This document shows, in pieces, positions 14,310 to 28,233 of a stretch of 64,000 bases of DNA. Origin of the DNA: Eledone cirrhosa (Eukaryota); assembly GCA_964016885.1 (NCBI GenBank), contig OZ024740.1, positions 65,410,001 to 65,474,000 on the forward strand. Direction: 5' to 3'. Both the position numbers and the translations under genes were made by a program. Positions within the stretch are counted from its first letter, which is position 1. Every line of letters starts with the position of its first letter. The notes beneath the pieces are model-generated. The model made no database searches. It saw nothing but the letters and a program-made list of their open reading frames with translations, and was not told where the DNA came from.

Positions 14310-14362
14310 TTAATAATTGTCTCCACTCCAGGCACAAGGCCAGCAATCACCCAGTGCATTAC
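14310..14362 (-). mobile_element. 3' fragment of tRNA-type SINE
   Basis: AGGCACAAGGCCAGCAAT..CCAGTGCATTAC matches the SINE copies at 51876-52317. Confidence 0.6.
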
Positions 14363-14560
14363 AATAATATAATATACTTTTTGCTGAAGTTGCCTGTGAT
14401 TGTTGTTGGCTCTGTCGGTGGTCGTGCTGGGGCTTTTTATATTGTTGGTGAGGAAGGGGGAAGCCAGCAGTGCCATAGTTGTTAATGATTGTTGACGTTT
14501 GGCCGGTGGCCAGGTCACTAATTCAATCTATTTATATCTTTTGCTAGCCTCTCCCTTGTA

Positions 14561-15153
14561 TAGTGATACCGCCACCTTCCCCTATCTTAAGTTAACAGGG
14601 GAATAGTGGTGGTAGCAATGAAGGAGTGGTGGCGGCGGTGATGGGATAGTGGTAGTAATGATGGATGGAGTGGTGGCGGCGGTGGCGTTGTTGTTACTGA
14701 GTTTTGTGATATGTAGTATCTATGAGTTTGTGTCGCGTATGTTTAATATATATTGTGTTGACATATTCCCGTAAAATTGGAATTAAACATTTTGTTAAAA
14801 CTTGAGACAATAATAATAGTAATTATTATTATTATGCTGGGATTGGTGTTAGTGGTGGTTAAATTGCTGTTATTTGGCTGTTCTATATAGTGTAGACAGA
14901 GGGTGTTTTCTTCCATTTATAATCATTTTCTTTTTTGAATACAAAATATATAATACAATATATAATACAAAATTTAATATATGAGCGATATAACAATATA
15001 ATATGGATCCGAAATTTTATGGGACTTGATTCGGTGGTTTATGCATCATTTGTACTAAGAATTGTTATTTCACAATTGATTTAAATATGTTAAAAATCAA
15101 CAACTTACGTGAGCGATTTCATGACCTTTTTACCACCACGTGCGTCTTCTTCC

Positions 15154-15155
<2 letters not shown>
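14561..15155. repeat. Unclassified interspersed repeat bounded by (TTA)n
   Basis: Colinear with 45032-45650 (TAGTGATACCGCCACCTTCCCC...TGCGTCTTCTTCCC). Both copies are followed by (TTA)n. Confidence 0.8.
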
Positions 15156-15516
<361 letters not shown>

Positions 15517-15643
15517 TGTTGTTTTGCTGAATGGTTACGTTACGTAGCTTGATAAATGACATGACCCCCCTGTTCAATCCTTCTGCAGGGCTTTCGGTCG
15601 ATTGTTTACGTTATGCCTGATCATTTATGAGAAATAATAAATT

Positions 15644-17928
15644 AAACGTTTGGAGTTAGAAGGCCAGAACAATGCAGGTATGGATATAGAATATAGATAC
15701 ATATGCAAAAGATATTGGTGACAATTAGTCTTTTACCTTAAATTTATTTGAATATCTTTAATTTTCGAGATAATAGCTCTTCTTCGGAGGTAAGTAAAGG
15801 GGTTAATCCAGTGTTCTAATTAACTTGCCAAGTCATGCTGACAAGAAATAGTAAAGAAATTCAATTCTGTTTCTAATGTCAAAGAGTGAAGGTTAGGAGG
15901 GTAAAGGGTTTGGACATGTATGTCTAAGTGTGTGTGGGAGAATACGTGAAGGTGTAAGCATGCGTATGTGTGTGCGTGTGCGTGTGTGTGTGAGTGTGTG
16001 AGGACATGTTTATATGTAAATGTGGGGGCTAGATGCTCTATCATGTTAACACTGGTCTATGTCTGTCTATGTGTGTATGTGAGAGAGCATAAGTGAAGGT
16101 GTAAGCGTGTGTGTGTGCGTGTGTGTGTGTGTGAGATGGTACGTGGAGGTGTAAGTCTGGGGCTAGGTGCTCTATCATGTTAAAAATTGGGTGTTGAATT
16201 CTAGTCTGTTATTGATTGGTGATTGTGCTATGTCTATAATCAGTGATTCCTTAATTCTAAGATTGCCGAGGTTTCTTTCCTTAGTTTCTATCCTAACTAT
16301 TATGTTTTTGACGGTGTTTTTGCATTTCACTAGGTGTTTCTTAAATAAGGAAGCGTTAGTGTTATGGTGTTCTTTTATTCTAATATTAAGTGGTCTGATG
16401 GTGCTACCTATGTAGAATTTGCTGCATTTGTCGCACTTATTTGTATACGACGTAAGCCTGGTGGCATAGGTCTGTATCGTCGATGGGGCAGTTGGCTTGC
16501 CTGCAGCGGCTGTCATGCCTGGTGGAGTGTCTTTTGATTAGCTGTCCGCGTAGAGAAGGTCCTGAGTGGGCTAGCTGGATATCTAATCCCTCTCGTCTTA
16601 TAGCTCTGCGGATGGCTGTTGATGTTTCGTCACTGAAGTGTGGGAGCTTCAGGAAGCAGGTGTTAGGGCCTCGGGTGTGGTGTCCGCTGTTGTTTCTGGC
16701 ATGGTTCGTGGTCAACGTCGGGTATCCGTTCAGTTTAAGTACTTCCAGGAAATGTGTGGTGTGTGTGTGTCCCGGTCTCTTGCGTCGGTGCATTTGTTCT
16801 GGATACGTGTAGTTCGTTCCTTATGCATCCGAACTTAGCGCTGACTGAGAGGGTTGATCTGAAATGTACGAACAGGTTAATGCTGGCGGATTTTTTATAG
16901 AAGCATGTGTGGATGTTGCCTTCCTCTGTTACCGTGAGTTGGAAATCCTATAGGGATAGGGATCCGCGTTCATCGGGGTGTTCCGTGCTGAACTTTATAT
17001 TGGCGTCCATGCTGGAGAATGTCATGTAAATTTTATCCGCTTCTTCACGGGATGATGTAAGGATGAGTATGTCATCTACATATCGGGTGAAGAAGTTATA
17101 GGAATGGCAGGTGTTGAGCGCTCGGCATTTCAGCTGGTTCATATAAGTGATGGTCAGCAGAACCGATAACTGGAACACATGGCTAATCCTGTTGTCTGTC
17201 TGTATGTGTGGTGGTAGAAGGTGAAGTACGTGTTGTCCACTGTGGAGGGCAAATAGAAGCTAAGGAAAGAAACCTCGGCAATCTTAGAATTAAAGAAGCA
17301 CTTATAGACAAAACACAACCACCAATCAATAACAGACTATAACTCAACACCCAATTTTTAACATGATAGAGCACCTAGCCACACACTTACACCTCCGAGT
17401 ACTATCTCACACCCACACACACGCGCACATACACACGCACGCTTACACCTTCACTTATTCTTTCTTACATACACATACACACACATAGACCCGTTTTAAC
17501 ATGAGAGAGCATCTAGCCCCCACATTTGTATGTACACATTTACTCTCACACTCTCTCTCACACACCCACGCACACACGCACACACACACGCATACTTACA
17601 CCTACACGTATTCTCCCATACACACTTAGGCATATATGTCCAAACCCTTTTAAAGGGAGACAACCCTTTATCCACCTAACCTTCACTCTTTGACATTAGT
17701 AATAGAATGGAATTTCTTCATTATTTCTTGTCAGCATGACTTGGCAAGCTAAGTATAACACCGGATTAACCCCTTTATTTCCCGCCTAAGAAGAGATATT
17801 ATTTCGAAAATTAAGGATATTCAAATAAATTTAAGGTAAAAGACTAATTGTCACCAATATCTTTTGCATTTGTAGTTATATTCTATAGCCATACCTGCAT
17901 TGTTCTGGCCTTCTAACTGCAAACCTTT
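15644..17928 (-). mobile_element. Penelope-like element (decayed RT and GIY-YIG) with inverted terminal arms
   Basis: Minus-strand fragments FTRYVDDILIL (RT) and YVVYK..CDKCSKFYIGSTIRPL..R..EH..IKESLII (GIY-YIG). About 15644-16292 is the diverged reverse complement of about 17251-17928. Confidence 0.85.
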
Positions 17929-18543
17929 ATACCTAACTACGCAATGTTTCAAGTAAACTACAATTTCCTCCTTTAAATAATAAACTATTTAAGAGGCAAT
18001 TCCCGAGGTAGACCTTCAGTCGAATCGAGTGAGCTAATGAAAATTTATGGCATAACCTTTACCATCTTATAATAAATGTTTAGATGAATTGCTAACCATC
18101 CGATGTCTGAACCGAGTATTAATAATAATGCTGTCCTTGATATATTATATTTAGTTTATGTGCAGATTGAGCTAAATATCATAAATGACGGATATTAATA
18201 GAATAACACTAGCCATTATAGCAAGGTTACATGATATAAATGGAAATCACAACAACAACAACAAATTATAATTCAAGATTTCGAATTTTATTAAAAGTTC
18301 TTTTGACATTTATGTTATTGCTGTCCGTGTGGTTTAAAACATTTACTCAGAATCAATGTCTGTTAGTCATGGACCACTTAAACTAATGAAATATCTTCAA
18401 AACAAAAAGGAACTGTATATTTATTTCATTAATTTACGTAAAATGTCTATATTGGAATGTATTGAATCAACATATGAATGTTGCCTACTAAACTAATTAT
18501 TGGTGCATTAATATATAAATCTCTCTCCCCTTCACTCTCCTCT

Positions 18544-19338
<795 letters not shown>

Positions 19339-19350
19339 ATGATAATAATG

Positions 19351-19375
<25 letters not shown>

Positions 19376-19382
<7 letters not shown>

Positions 19383-19862
19383 ATTAAACAAATGGAAACT
19401 ATATTTATAAAACCATATTTATTTCATTATACATATTTCAGGGATACCATATTAAAAATATGGCATGCCTTCGTCAGATAAAATACAATATATAAACAGT
19501 TTTATAACTAATTTTGACGTACCATATTATAAGCGACCATTATATTAGGAAGCTGTCTGGGTAGTGATTTGTTTATAATTATTTAGTTATAGTGTTAAGC
19601 ACAGTTAGAAAAAAGACGGAGAGAAAGAAGAAACGGAGGTAAAGAAAAAACAGAGAGAGAGAGGGGTGAGAAAAAAAAGGAGAGAGGGAAAATTAATATG
19701 GTATCCCTGAAATAGGTATAATGAAATAAATATGGTTTTATAAATATAATTTCCATTTGTTTAATATTGTATATCTACTCCAAAAACTTTTCGAGTGCTT
19801 TATATCAGTTATACAATATTTACTTGTTGTAACCCAACAATTTTAAATAACACTTTTGCATA
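19376..19862. mobile_element. Miniature Penelope terminal-repeat derivative with inverted arms, between two (TA)n tracts
   Basis: About 19376-19455 is inverted relative to about 19693-19772. Sequence matches the terminal region of the large Penelope element (26617-26830 and 32160-32279). Confidence 0.8.
19420..19485 (-). ncRNA. Minimal type I hammerhead ribozyme (predicted)
   Basis: Minus strand: TATTTTAT-CTGACGA-AGGcATGCCATATTtttAATATGGTATcCCT-GAAA-TAtgTA-TA-ATGAAATA. Stem I, stem II and the core can all be paired by eye. Predicted cleavage after AUA. Confidence 0.75.
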
Positions 19863-19882
19863 TATATATATATATATATATA

Positions 19883-20664
19883 TGAAAAAGTGAGTCATTC
19901 ATCAGTGACCCTCCAACCGTCCTCGGCATTTCATCGCTTTAAGGGCCATATGCCTCAGGTTGGTGCGAACAACGGCTAAAAATAGTCGTTGGGACACGTA
20001 AATAAAGGGGGACGCTAGAGTAACAACAAAAGGGTTTAAGCAACGGAAAGTGAGTAGAAATAGACAAGTCCCAGATCTCTATGAATATAAACTCTGTGAA
20101 ATCGTGAACAAGAGACGAAAGACCATCGAACCTGGTAGAAATGTGAGCAAGGAAAGAATTTCGCCCAAGTTTGACGGGGGGGAAAAGAGAGAGAGAGAGA
20201 GAAAGAAAAAGGAGAGAAGAGGAAGAAGAAGAAGAAGAAGAAGAAGAAGAAGAAGAAGAAGAAGAAGAAGAAGAAGAAGAAGAAGAAGAAGAAGAAGAAG
20301 AGGATAAGGTGGTCTGGTCTACGAATTCGGTAAACGCAAGTTTTGTGAAGTCGCAAACGAAAGAGAGAGAGACAAAAATTTCATACCAGCTCGGTCAAGA
20401 CTGTGCGAGAAAAGAATTACACACAGGTCAAACTTGAAGGAGGAGGAGGAAAGAGGAGGAGGAGAGGTAGTGACAGAGAATGAGTGAGTGAAAGTTGAGG
20501 AGAGAGTAACAGAGAGGGAGACTGCTAGAAGTGGTAAAGATACAAGGAACGAAACAGACAGGCAGCATGGAAAAGTAATATGTGTAAATATGTGTAAATG
20601 GCCCTTAAAGCGATGAAATGCCGAGGACGGTTGGAGGGTCACTGATGAAGGACTCACTTTTTCA
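19883..20664. mobile_element. TA-flanked non-autonomous element with terminal inverted repeats of about 67 bp, copy 2
   Basis: TGAAAAAGTGAGTC...AAGGGCCAT at the left end is inverted at 20598-20664. TA on both sides and internal (GAA)n. Confidence 0.75.
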
Positions 20665-20707
20665 TATGTATCCCATTTGCAACGCCGCAGCTCCATTATT
20701 ATCATCA

Positions 20708-20758
<51 letters not shown>

Positions 20759-20903
20759 GTTAAAATACTGGAGCGTGTTGGAGTTAAACACCCTCTTCGT
20801 ATTATAGAAATGACAGTAAAAGGTATAGCTCAATGTAATTAAACAGAGCCGAAGAATTATGAAAGTAAAACAAAGAAGCCTTCAATACATCAAAAGTCTT
20901 TAT

Positions 20904-20946
20904 TAGCCAACAATGTTTCGTCCTATTAAGGACTCATCAGGGCAAT
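20904..20946 (-). ncRNA. Minimal type I hammerhead ribozyme (predicted)
   Basis: Minus strand: GCC-CTGATGA-GTCCttaataGGAC-GAAA-CattG-TT-GGC. Canonical core and stem II, very short stem III, GUU triplet. Confidence 0.8.
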
Positions 20947-22136
20947 TAAAATAACAAGAAGTATTATCGGCCCATACAAGCCGGAAACTCCGAAGAATAT
21001 GGAGTGACATACACTAAAGTATTGCAAGATTATGGGTAAAAATATATAATAAAAATCACTAAGGAGGTGTATAACATTTAGAACCATATTACAAATATAG
21101 TCCAAAGCAAAAAAAGCCTAGAGCTAAACAAAGGTAGTTATATAGAGCAGGAATTATATATAATACAATATAATATAATATAATATACTTTTACCAATAT
21201 TAAAATTACAATAAAAATCAAAAGGTACAATATACATATGTATATATGTACACACACGTACGCACATATACACATACATCAATACACATATCCGTCTTCA
21301 ACAGCACAAATTAAACCTTATTAAGAGTTTAAATATAAATAAGCATGATAGGAATAAAAATAATAATAATAATAATAATACATATACCCAATATACATGA
21401 GGTAATAAAATGATATTATTATAAGTAGCACATATAATATATAATAAACTATACAATTATATACTATATAATATAATATAATAGAATAGATAATCTCCGG
21501 TTAATTTACACAAACAATATAGATGTCACAATAATACTATAATAATAATATAATAACATACCCACTTCGATACACTGTACATGCCAAACGTTTACTTCTG
21601 CCTCATGACAGCTAGTTTTACACGCCGAAATCTTAGATACACTATACCCCCCACCCCCCACCTAAGTAATGTCAGGGTCTCCTCAAATAATTTATTAATA
21701 GCATTGTTGTAATTGTTGTTATTGTTCTAACTGAATGCCATTACTACTTCATATAGTAGCCTGTATATTCTTTTCTTGCCTGTATATCCTCTTCATTCTC
21801 GCATGCTCCGAATAACTGACTGGTTATAATTTTGTATTGGCGATCGAGTAACGTGAAAACAAGCGAATAGCGATCTCTAGACCTACCAGTTCAGAGAAAC
21901 AATTGTCAGCTATGAGATTAAAAACCTTTTTTGTATAGCAAACCATGTCAACCTTCTTTCCTGATTTATTATTACTCCAAGTGTTTACAACATAGGAATT
22001 ACAGCATACCCGCAGCATCACTATGAAAACGCCTTGTTGAGTCAAACCAATCCAAGCGTTGATATCATCCACTACCTGGAATACCATAACTGGACTACAC
22101 CTAAGTGGACTGCATTTAACTATTATTTGTTACCCC

Positions 22137-22214
<78 letters not shown>

Positions 22215-22490
22215 TTCAAGAGTAACCAATCTTAAAGAGAGAGATGGAGATAGTAGAGGAGATATGAGAGGAGAGATTGGTGAGTTAGTTAGAAGCGAAA
22301 GCGTAAAGGCATGTGCTCAATGTTCAATATGCAGTAGAAAGCAGCTAGGTGGCTGGGTTCATGCAGAAGTTAGGTCCACAGAGCTGGAGATATTCATTAG
22401 TTAAGCAAAACAAGACCACAGATTTCACAAGGAAGAGATTATTAAAAGATTGTCAACATATTTTAGTTTGATGTAAGGAATGTAGAGAAT
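22215..22490 (+). repeat. Interspersed repeat running from a (TA)n tract to a (TAA)n tract
   Basis: Homologous to 33704-33823 (+) and 47117-47416 (-), for example CACAAGGAAGA..TTATT.AA.GA..GTCAACATA. Confidence 0.7.
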
Positions 22491-22859
22491 AATAATAATA
22501 ATATTGATAATAATAATGTCCGTTTACAATTGTTTCGCTACTCCATATAATATTTCTGGATCAGATGACTATATATCATAATTGATCTGGTTCAGTTGAA
22601 AATATTTATAAAACATTATCCCATTATTTTCATTTATATTCCTTTGAAGTTCCGATGAGCCACTCTGTTTTTTAAATATGTTAATTATTTTCAACTGAAC
22701 CAGATCAATATAGTCATCTGATCCAGAAATATTATATGGAGTAGCGAAACAATTGTGAACAGACATTATTATTATCAATATTATTATTATTATTCTCTAC
22801 ATTGCTTACATGAAACTAAAATATGTTGACAATCTTTTAATAATGTCTTCCTTGTGAAA
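22423..22859. repeat. Inverted repeat, arms about 175 bp, spacer about 80 bp
   Basis: About 22423-22603 is the reverse complement of about 22686-22859. Confidence 0.85.
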
Positions 22860-23094
22860 CCAACGGTACTGCTGGTCCACTCGGGGTCATAGCGTCTGAC
22901 ACAAATCACTCTTCACTGAGATCTCAACTCAACTTGGTTGCGTTCCCTTTCCTCACTTTAGTCTCAGTTCAACTCAAATGCGTTCTTTTTTTCTCACTCT
23001 GACACTGGCAAAAGATTCCGTCTGTGCCAGTCAACATTTTTAAGCAAGATGTCTCATATAGTAATGTCGTGTTTCATTCATCGACGTATTTACC

Positions 23095-23245
23095 TTGCTT
23101 TGCAGCACAGTTACGTCCCTTTACGGACTGAGATCAATTCCCGCCGAGGTTAACTTTGTCTTTCATCCTTACGGGGTCGATAAAATAAAGTACCAGTAAT
23201 GCACTTGGTATATGCTGGCATTGTGCCATAAGTAGAAACCATTAT
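23095..23245 (+). mobile_element. tRNA-type SINE, 5'-decayed
   Basis: CCCGCCGAGGTTAACTTTGTCTTTCATCCTTACGGGGTCGATAAAATAAAGTACCAG core shared with the other copies. Confidence 0.8.
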
Positions 23246-23874
23246 AAATATAACATCCCCACACACACATTTTATTAGAAGAAACATTCCTTGTCATAAA
23301 TTCTTCTGTGACACAAATCATTCGAGGATATGAATGTCGTATAAAAGCTGCGGAAGACAAACAAATAATGTACTTTATAGATGTCGTCATGTTTTTATCA
23401 TTTTAAAATTCGTCAATATCAAATTGATCAAGTAAGATGTGATTTAACTGAGGAAGTAAAACATGCCAAATGATAGGCAGGTCCCCACAGCAACATAAAC
23501 ATATATTAGCAACACTTATATTCAATCGCACAACCACCCACTTTTCTTTTTCCCCCACATCTTACACAACTCAATGCTTAAATCTGTGAACACACTGATT
23601 TCAAAATTCGTGCATATCACATTTAGCGTGTATGAATCACAATGAAACACACTTCAAAGTAACAACTCTCAGTTTATGTTTTGCACTAATCCAGTAATTG
23701 ATTAATTAAACTTTAAATATTTTATGTAGAAGACATCGCCACACCTCATACGTCATGATTTGTTAATGTGGGCCTGTCAGCCATAGAAATACGTATCGTG
23801 ATTTTGCAAGATTAAAATAATATTTGGAATCTGGCCTGCTTCTTTCATTCAAGTATATATGTGAGTGTGGGTGT

Positions 23875-23933
<59 letters not shown>

Positions 23934-25438
23934 CGCGCGTGTGTGTGAGTGCGAATTTGTGTGTGTATATATATGTATGCTTATATATATGAGTGTATGT
24001 TTGAGGCCTTTAGTGCATGTGTGAATGTGTATTTGTGTGTCTTTAACAAATGCCTTATGTATATACGTAATCTTATTCCTGTGAAACTTTGACTAATGCA
24101 ATGTCATATCAAAATGTTTATACCATAATATTTATTACATCACAATAATAAACCTCAACACGCTTTTACTAAAATTCGGTCTTTCGTTTTTCCATTTTTA
24201 TTCATAGAATGTTTGTATGGAAAAGCGTTTTGTTTTTATAAAGAAAGGAACAGCTGTTGCGATGAATAATACATTAGATTAACACTCTTCTAAATTAATA
24301 GCACGCGTGATTCTGTGATAGTAGAATGAAGCAACTAACAATAGTATAACTTACGTAATAAATGAGGCGGCATTTTATCCAACACTTTAACGATTGATAA
24401 ACTTCACCATCTAAGACATAGCTGCAGAGAATATATTTGATTCATAAATATCGAATCAGAATTGTAATACAATGTAATGTCACATTCTATTAATTATGAG
24501 AAAAGTTATATCTATTGTGATGTCGAGTGAAATATATTCTATTTTCATCTCTAAATTAAATCTCATTCTATAATATTCCGTCGAAAGAAAAACATTACTG
24601 AATGAATATTTTCATTTTCTTATTAAACGCGGATGCAAGAAATCATTGTTTCTTAAGCTGGGGCATCATAGAGTTGAAAGAATTCAAGTCTGCATATTTG
24701 ATGTATATATACATTTTCCATAACTTGTAGATTTCAACAAATGAAAAACAATAAATCTTCTGGATAATTTATGGAACCAACGTGTCTGTAGTTGCTTGAA
24801 TAATTCCAGCAAATGTTTCGTTTAAAAAACATAAAAACGTAATGTCACGGACATCTTTAAAACACAGCTTACCATAAAAAAATGTATGATACAAATTACT
24901 CAAGTTGTAGACATTTCGGCACTGCGTGTAACGTTGAAGAACATTACCAATTCAAATCTCAAAGGAGTACAAGTCAATATGATTTGAAGTGTTGCATATT
25001 AAATGAAATGGCCTAATTATATGGAGAAGAACAAAATTAATCCTAATATAATATATTAAAATTTAACCTTACATATTTCTCACTGAGATTGAGCGTGGCA
25101 TAGTGTTTGAGAAGTCTGAAAATTTAAATTAAAGGTAAATTATATTTTCTTTATCGGAGTGGACTGGAGCAACAGACACTAATATATATTGATCAAGAGC
25201 TTTATATTGCATGGTCCAGTCCGAATTCACTTCCTTACAGTCGGACGAACCAGACACAATAACCACTAACATACACATACACACGCAGACACACAGCCAC
25301 ACACACCCAGGCAAGAAGCTGACTATATATATAGAGACCTATAAATACCATATTTATTTTTTGATACCCAGATTCCCGATGATTTCTAATGAATGAAACA
25401 GTTCTAGTCCTGTAGAATCTCATCTATATTAAAACTAA

Positions 25439-25532
<94 letters not shown>

Positions 25533-25803
25533 AAAGAGAGAGAGAGAGCGAAATGTGCTTACGTGCATGTGTGGTTGTGTGTATGTGTGTGTGTGTGTGT
25601 GTATGCGTTTATGTATGTACCTATATATTTGTATGTGTGTGTAGGTATGTGTGTCTGGTGAAAATCCTAATTATATCTACTGATAGAGATTAACATTAAA
25701 TCCTTTTAGATATTTTGTTAAAGCTCACATAACCAACTTATTTTTTAAATATTCAAATATAAATGTGCGTATATGTGATATATGAATGCGATGTCACCGT
25801 GTG

Positions 25804-25846
<43 letters not shown>

Positions 25847-25854
25847 TATGTTTT

Positions 25855-25889
<35 letters not shown>

Positions 25890-26579
25890 ACAAAAACATA
25901 GTATCTAAATTTCAAATTTCTTTATCGCTATAAATCGTAATAAAGTGCAATATCTTGTACCCTTTCAAAAATATTCTTTCATCAATAGTTAATTGGTTGT
26001 CTGAATGACAGTCGGTTTCTTGTTATCATTAAATTACGTAAATATAATTTCAACCGTTAACCCACGAGCAATCGATTTTGGCAGACAGCTAAATTTATAC
26101 GTTTCTTTCTAAGTTGAATCGTTTGAAACTTTACGAACATGTGGATATTCGTACAGATATAGTTGGTATACTGCAAACTTTGTCCTGTCATTATATTTTT
26201 ACATTGATTTTATGTGAATGCTATTCAAGATATGAACACTTATAACTAATGTAAGAGTTATTTCTACTTTTAGAAAGAGAAGGACTATTCGTTAACTCAG
26301 TTCGATAGAAATGCTGATATCATCTATTGTTGGCTAGACTCTTTAATATACATTGCTTATGGATTTTGTTTCATAAATGTAGATGCAAATGACAAGGAAA
26401 ATTGAAAGAAACCTGAATACAGTTCCATTAAATATCAACACAGGTTCCAACCGGGTACATTTGTCCCAGAATATAGATTTCAGAATGGATTTCTACACTC
26501 GATTTAATATAAGTTTATGTTAATACGTAACACATTAAAATGCAACGACAGCAATAGTCGCCCACACACATATATGTAT

Positions 26580-26615
<36 letters not shown>

Positions 26616-26744
26616 GCAAAGTTTTATTTAAATTGTTGGGTTACAACGAGTAAATATTTATAACTGATATAAAAGCACTCAACAAGTATTTGGAGTATAT
26701 TTACGATATTAAATAAATGGAAACTATATTTATAAAACCATATT

Positions 26745-26810
26745 TATTTCATTATATATATTTCAGGGATATCATATTAAAAATATGGTATGCCTTCTTC
26801 AGACAAAATA
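26745..26810 (-). ncRNA. Minimal type I hammerhead ribozyme in Penelope terminal repeat (left arm, intact core)
   Basis: Minus strand: TATTTTGT-CTGAAGA-AGG...CCT-GAAA-TATATA-TA-ATGAAATA, with palindromic stem III. Confidence 0.7.
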
Positions 26811-27069
26811 CAATATAAACAGTCTTATAAATAGATAGATTTGACATACCTTACAACTTCAACTTCCATTTAAAAAGTTGATTTGGTAGTGAAAAATGTT
26901 AGGGACAGTTATAAAAAGAAAGAAAGAAAAAAAAAAGCGAATAAAAAGAAGAAATGCATGCAACTAAATAGAGAGAGATAGATATATAGAGATAGATAGA
27001 GAGAAGAAATTCATGTAAAGAAACAGAGAGAGATAGATAGAGAGAGAAAAAACACAGAGGGAGATAGAT

Positions 27070-27101
<32 letters not shown>

Positions 27102-28233
27102 AAAAGTAGAGAGAGATAGATATGGATAGAGATAGAGAGAAAGAAAATAGGTAGTTGGGCACCAGTTGAATGACGTATCAATGATATATTTATTTATTTA
27201 TTTATTTATTTAGTTCTAGTATTAAGGTAGAGAGAGATATATGTGGTTAGGAGAGAAAACAGCCGTTACATAGAGAGAAAAGAAAAATATCCAGAGATAA
27301 ACGAGGCAGATTTAAAACATTATGTTTCATCAATGTAAAAATATCAATTCGTATGAATTAGGTATTATAATGTAAATATCAGTATTCATGAATGAGACAC
27401 GTATCAATAATGTGTGAAAAATAATGATCATATGTCTAGTTTAAAATTCCTAGGTTTATATTAGAGCTGAGTTAAAAAATTGAGATAAAAAACTGAGATA
27501 AAAAACTGAGATAAAAAAACTGAGATAAAAAAACAGAGATAAAAAACTTCAAAAAAAATTGAAATACATAAGTATATATGCACTTTCATGAAAAAAGAAA
27601 AAGAAAAAGAAAATAGAAGGTTATCCCAGATTCGATACTATAGACTTCCATGTGAATTTACGTGATCAACTCTGCAAATTCCTATTTCACATGAAAACAT
27701 TCTCATTGTGCTATAAAAATTCTAGTATACATATTTGTGTACATACACACAAATATATATAGAATCTACATTAATTTTAACAATACTATTCTTGTCTTTA
27801 CTCTACATGATTATCGTTCAAGCATAAATAGACAACAGATATCAATATATCAATAAAAAATATCAAAAAATTAAAAAATATTAAAAATAAAACACAGTAT
27901 GCCCCGCAAATCAACCACAGAGATCAACCCTTCAAAATTAATTGACAATATATTGCCAAGTTCATTATAAGCATCAGAATCAAAAGCAAACAAAACCAAA
28001 ATTATTTACCAAATCCTGTCTAGCAGAAATCATTCCAAAAGTTTAGGATACCCATTTGATCTACAGATGGTCTTATATTTATTATAGAAGTTTATCTAGT
28101 GTAAAATTTATTCGATATATTTGGAGCATCAGCTTTTAGGGTAGTTTAATTATTCATGAAGAATGTTAAAAAAAAGAAATCGAAAGATTTATCGGCGAGT
28201 TTCATAAATAATTATAAATCATAAGTAAATATA

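Noticed and set aside
20598-20664. CTGATGAAGG in the inverted repeat as a hammerhead
   Set aside because: No stem II closure or downstream GAAA, and no circularly permuted fold could be built by eye.
21824-22087. 87-aa minus-strand ORF upstream of the hammerhead
   Set aside because: No convincing GIY-YIG or RT motif. It may be very decayed Penelope sequence but cannot be called.
23300-26570. AT-rich unique-looking DNA as possible host gene exons
   Set aside because: Only short ORFs without recognisable motifs. Small exons cannot be excluded without transcript data.
27478-27547. Repeated CTGAGATAAAAAA units
   Set aside because: A 13-bp minisatellite without spacers inside the Penelope arm. 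Not CRISPR-like.
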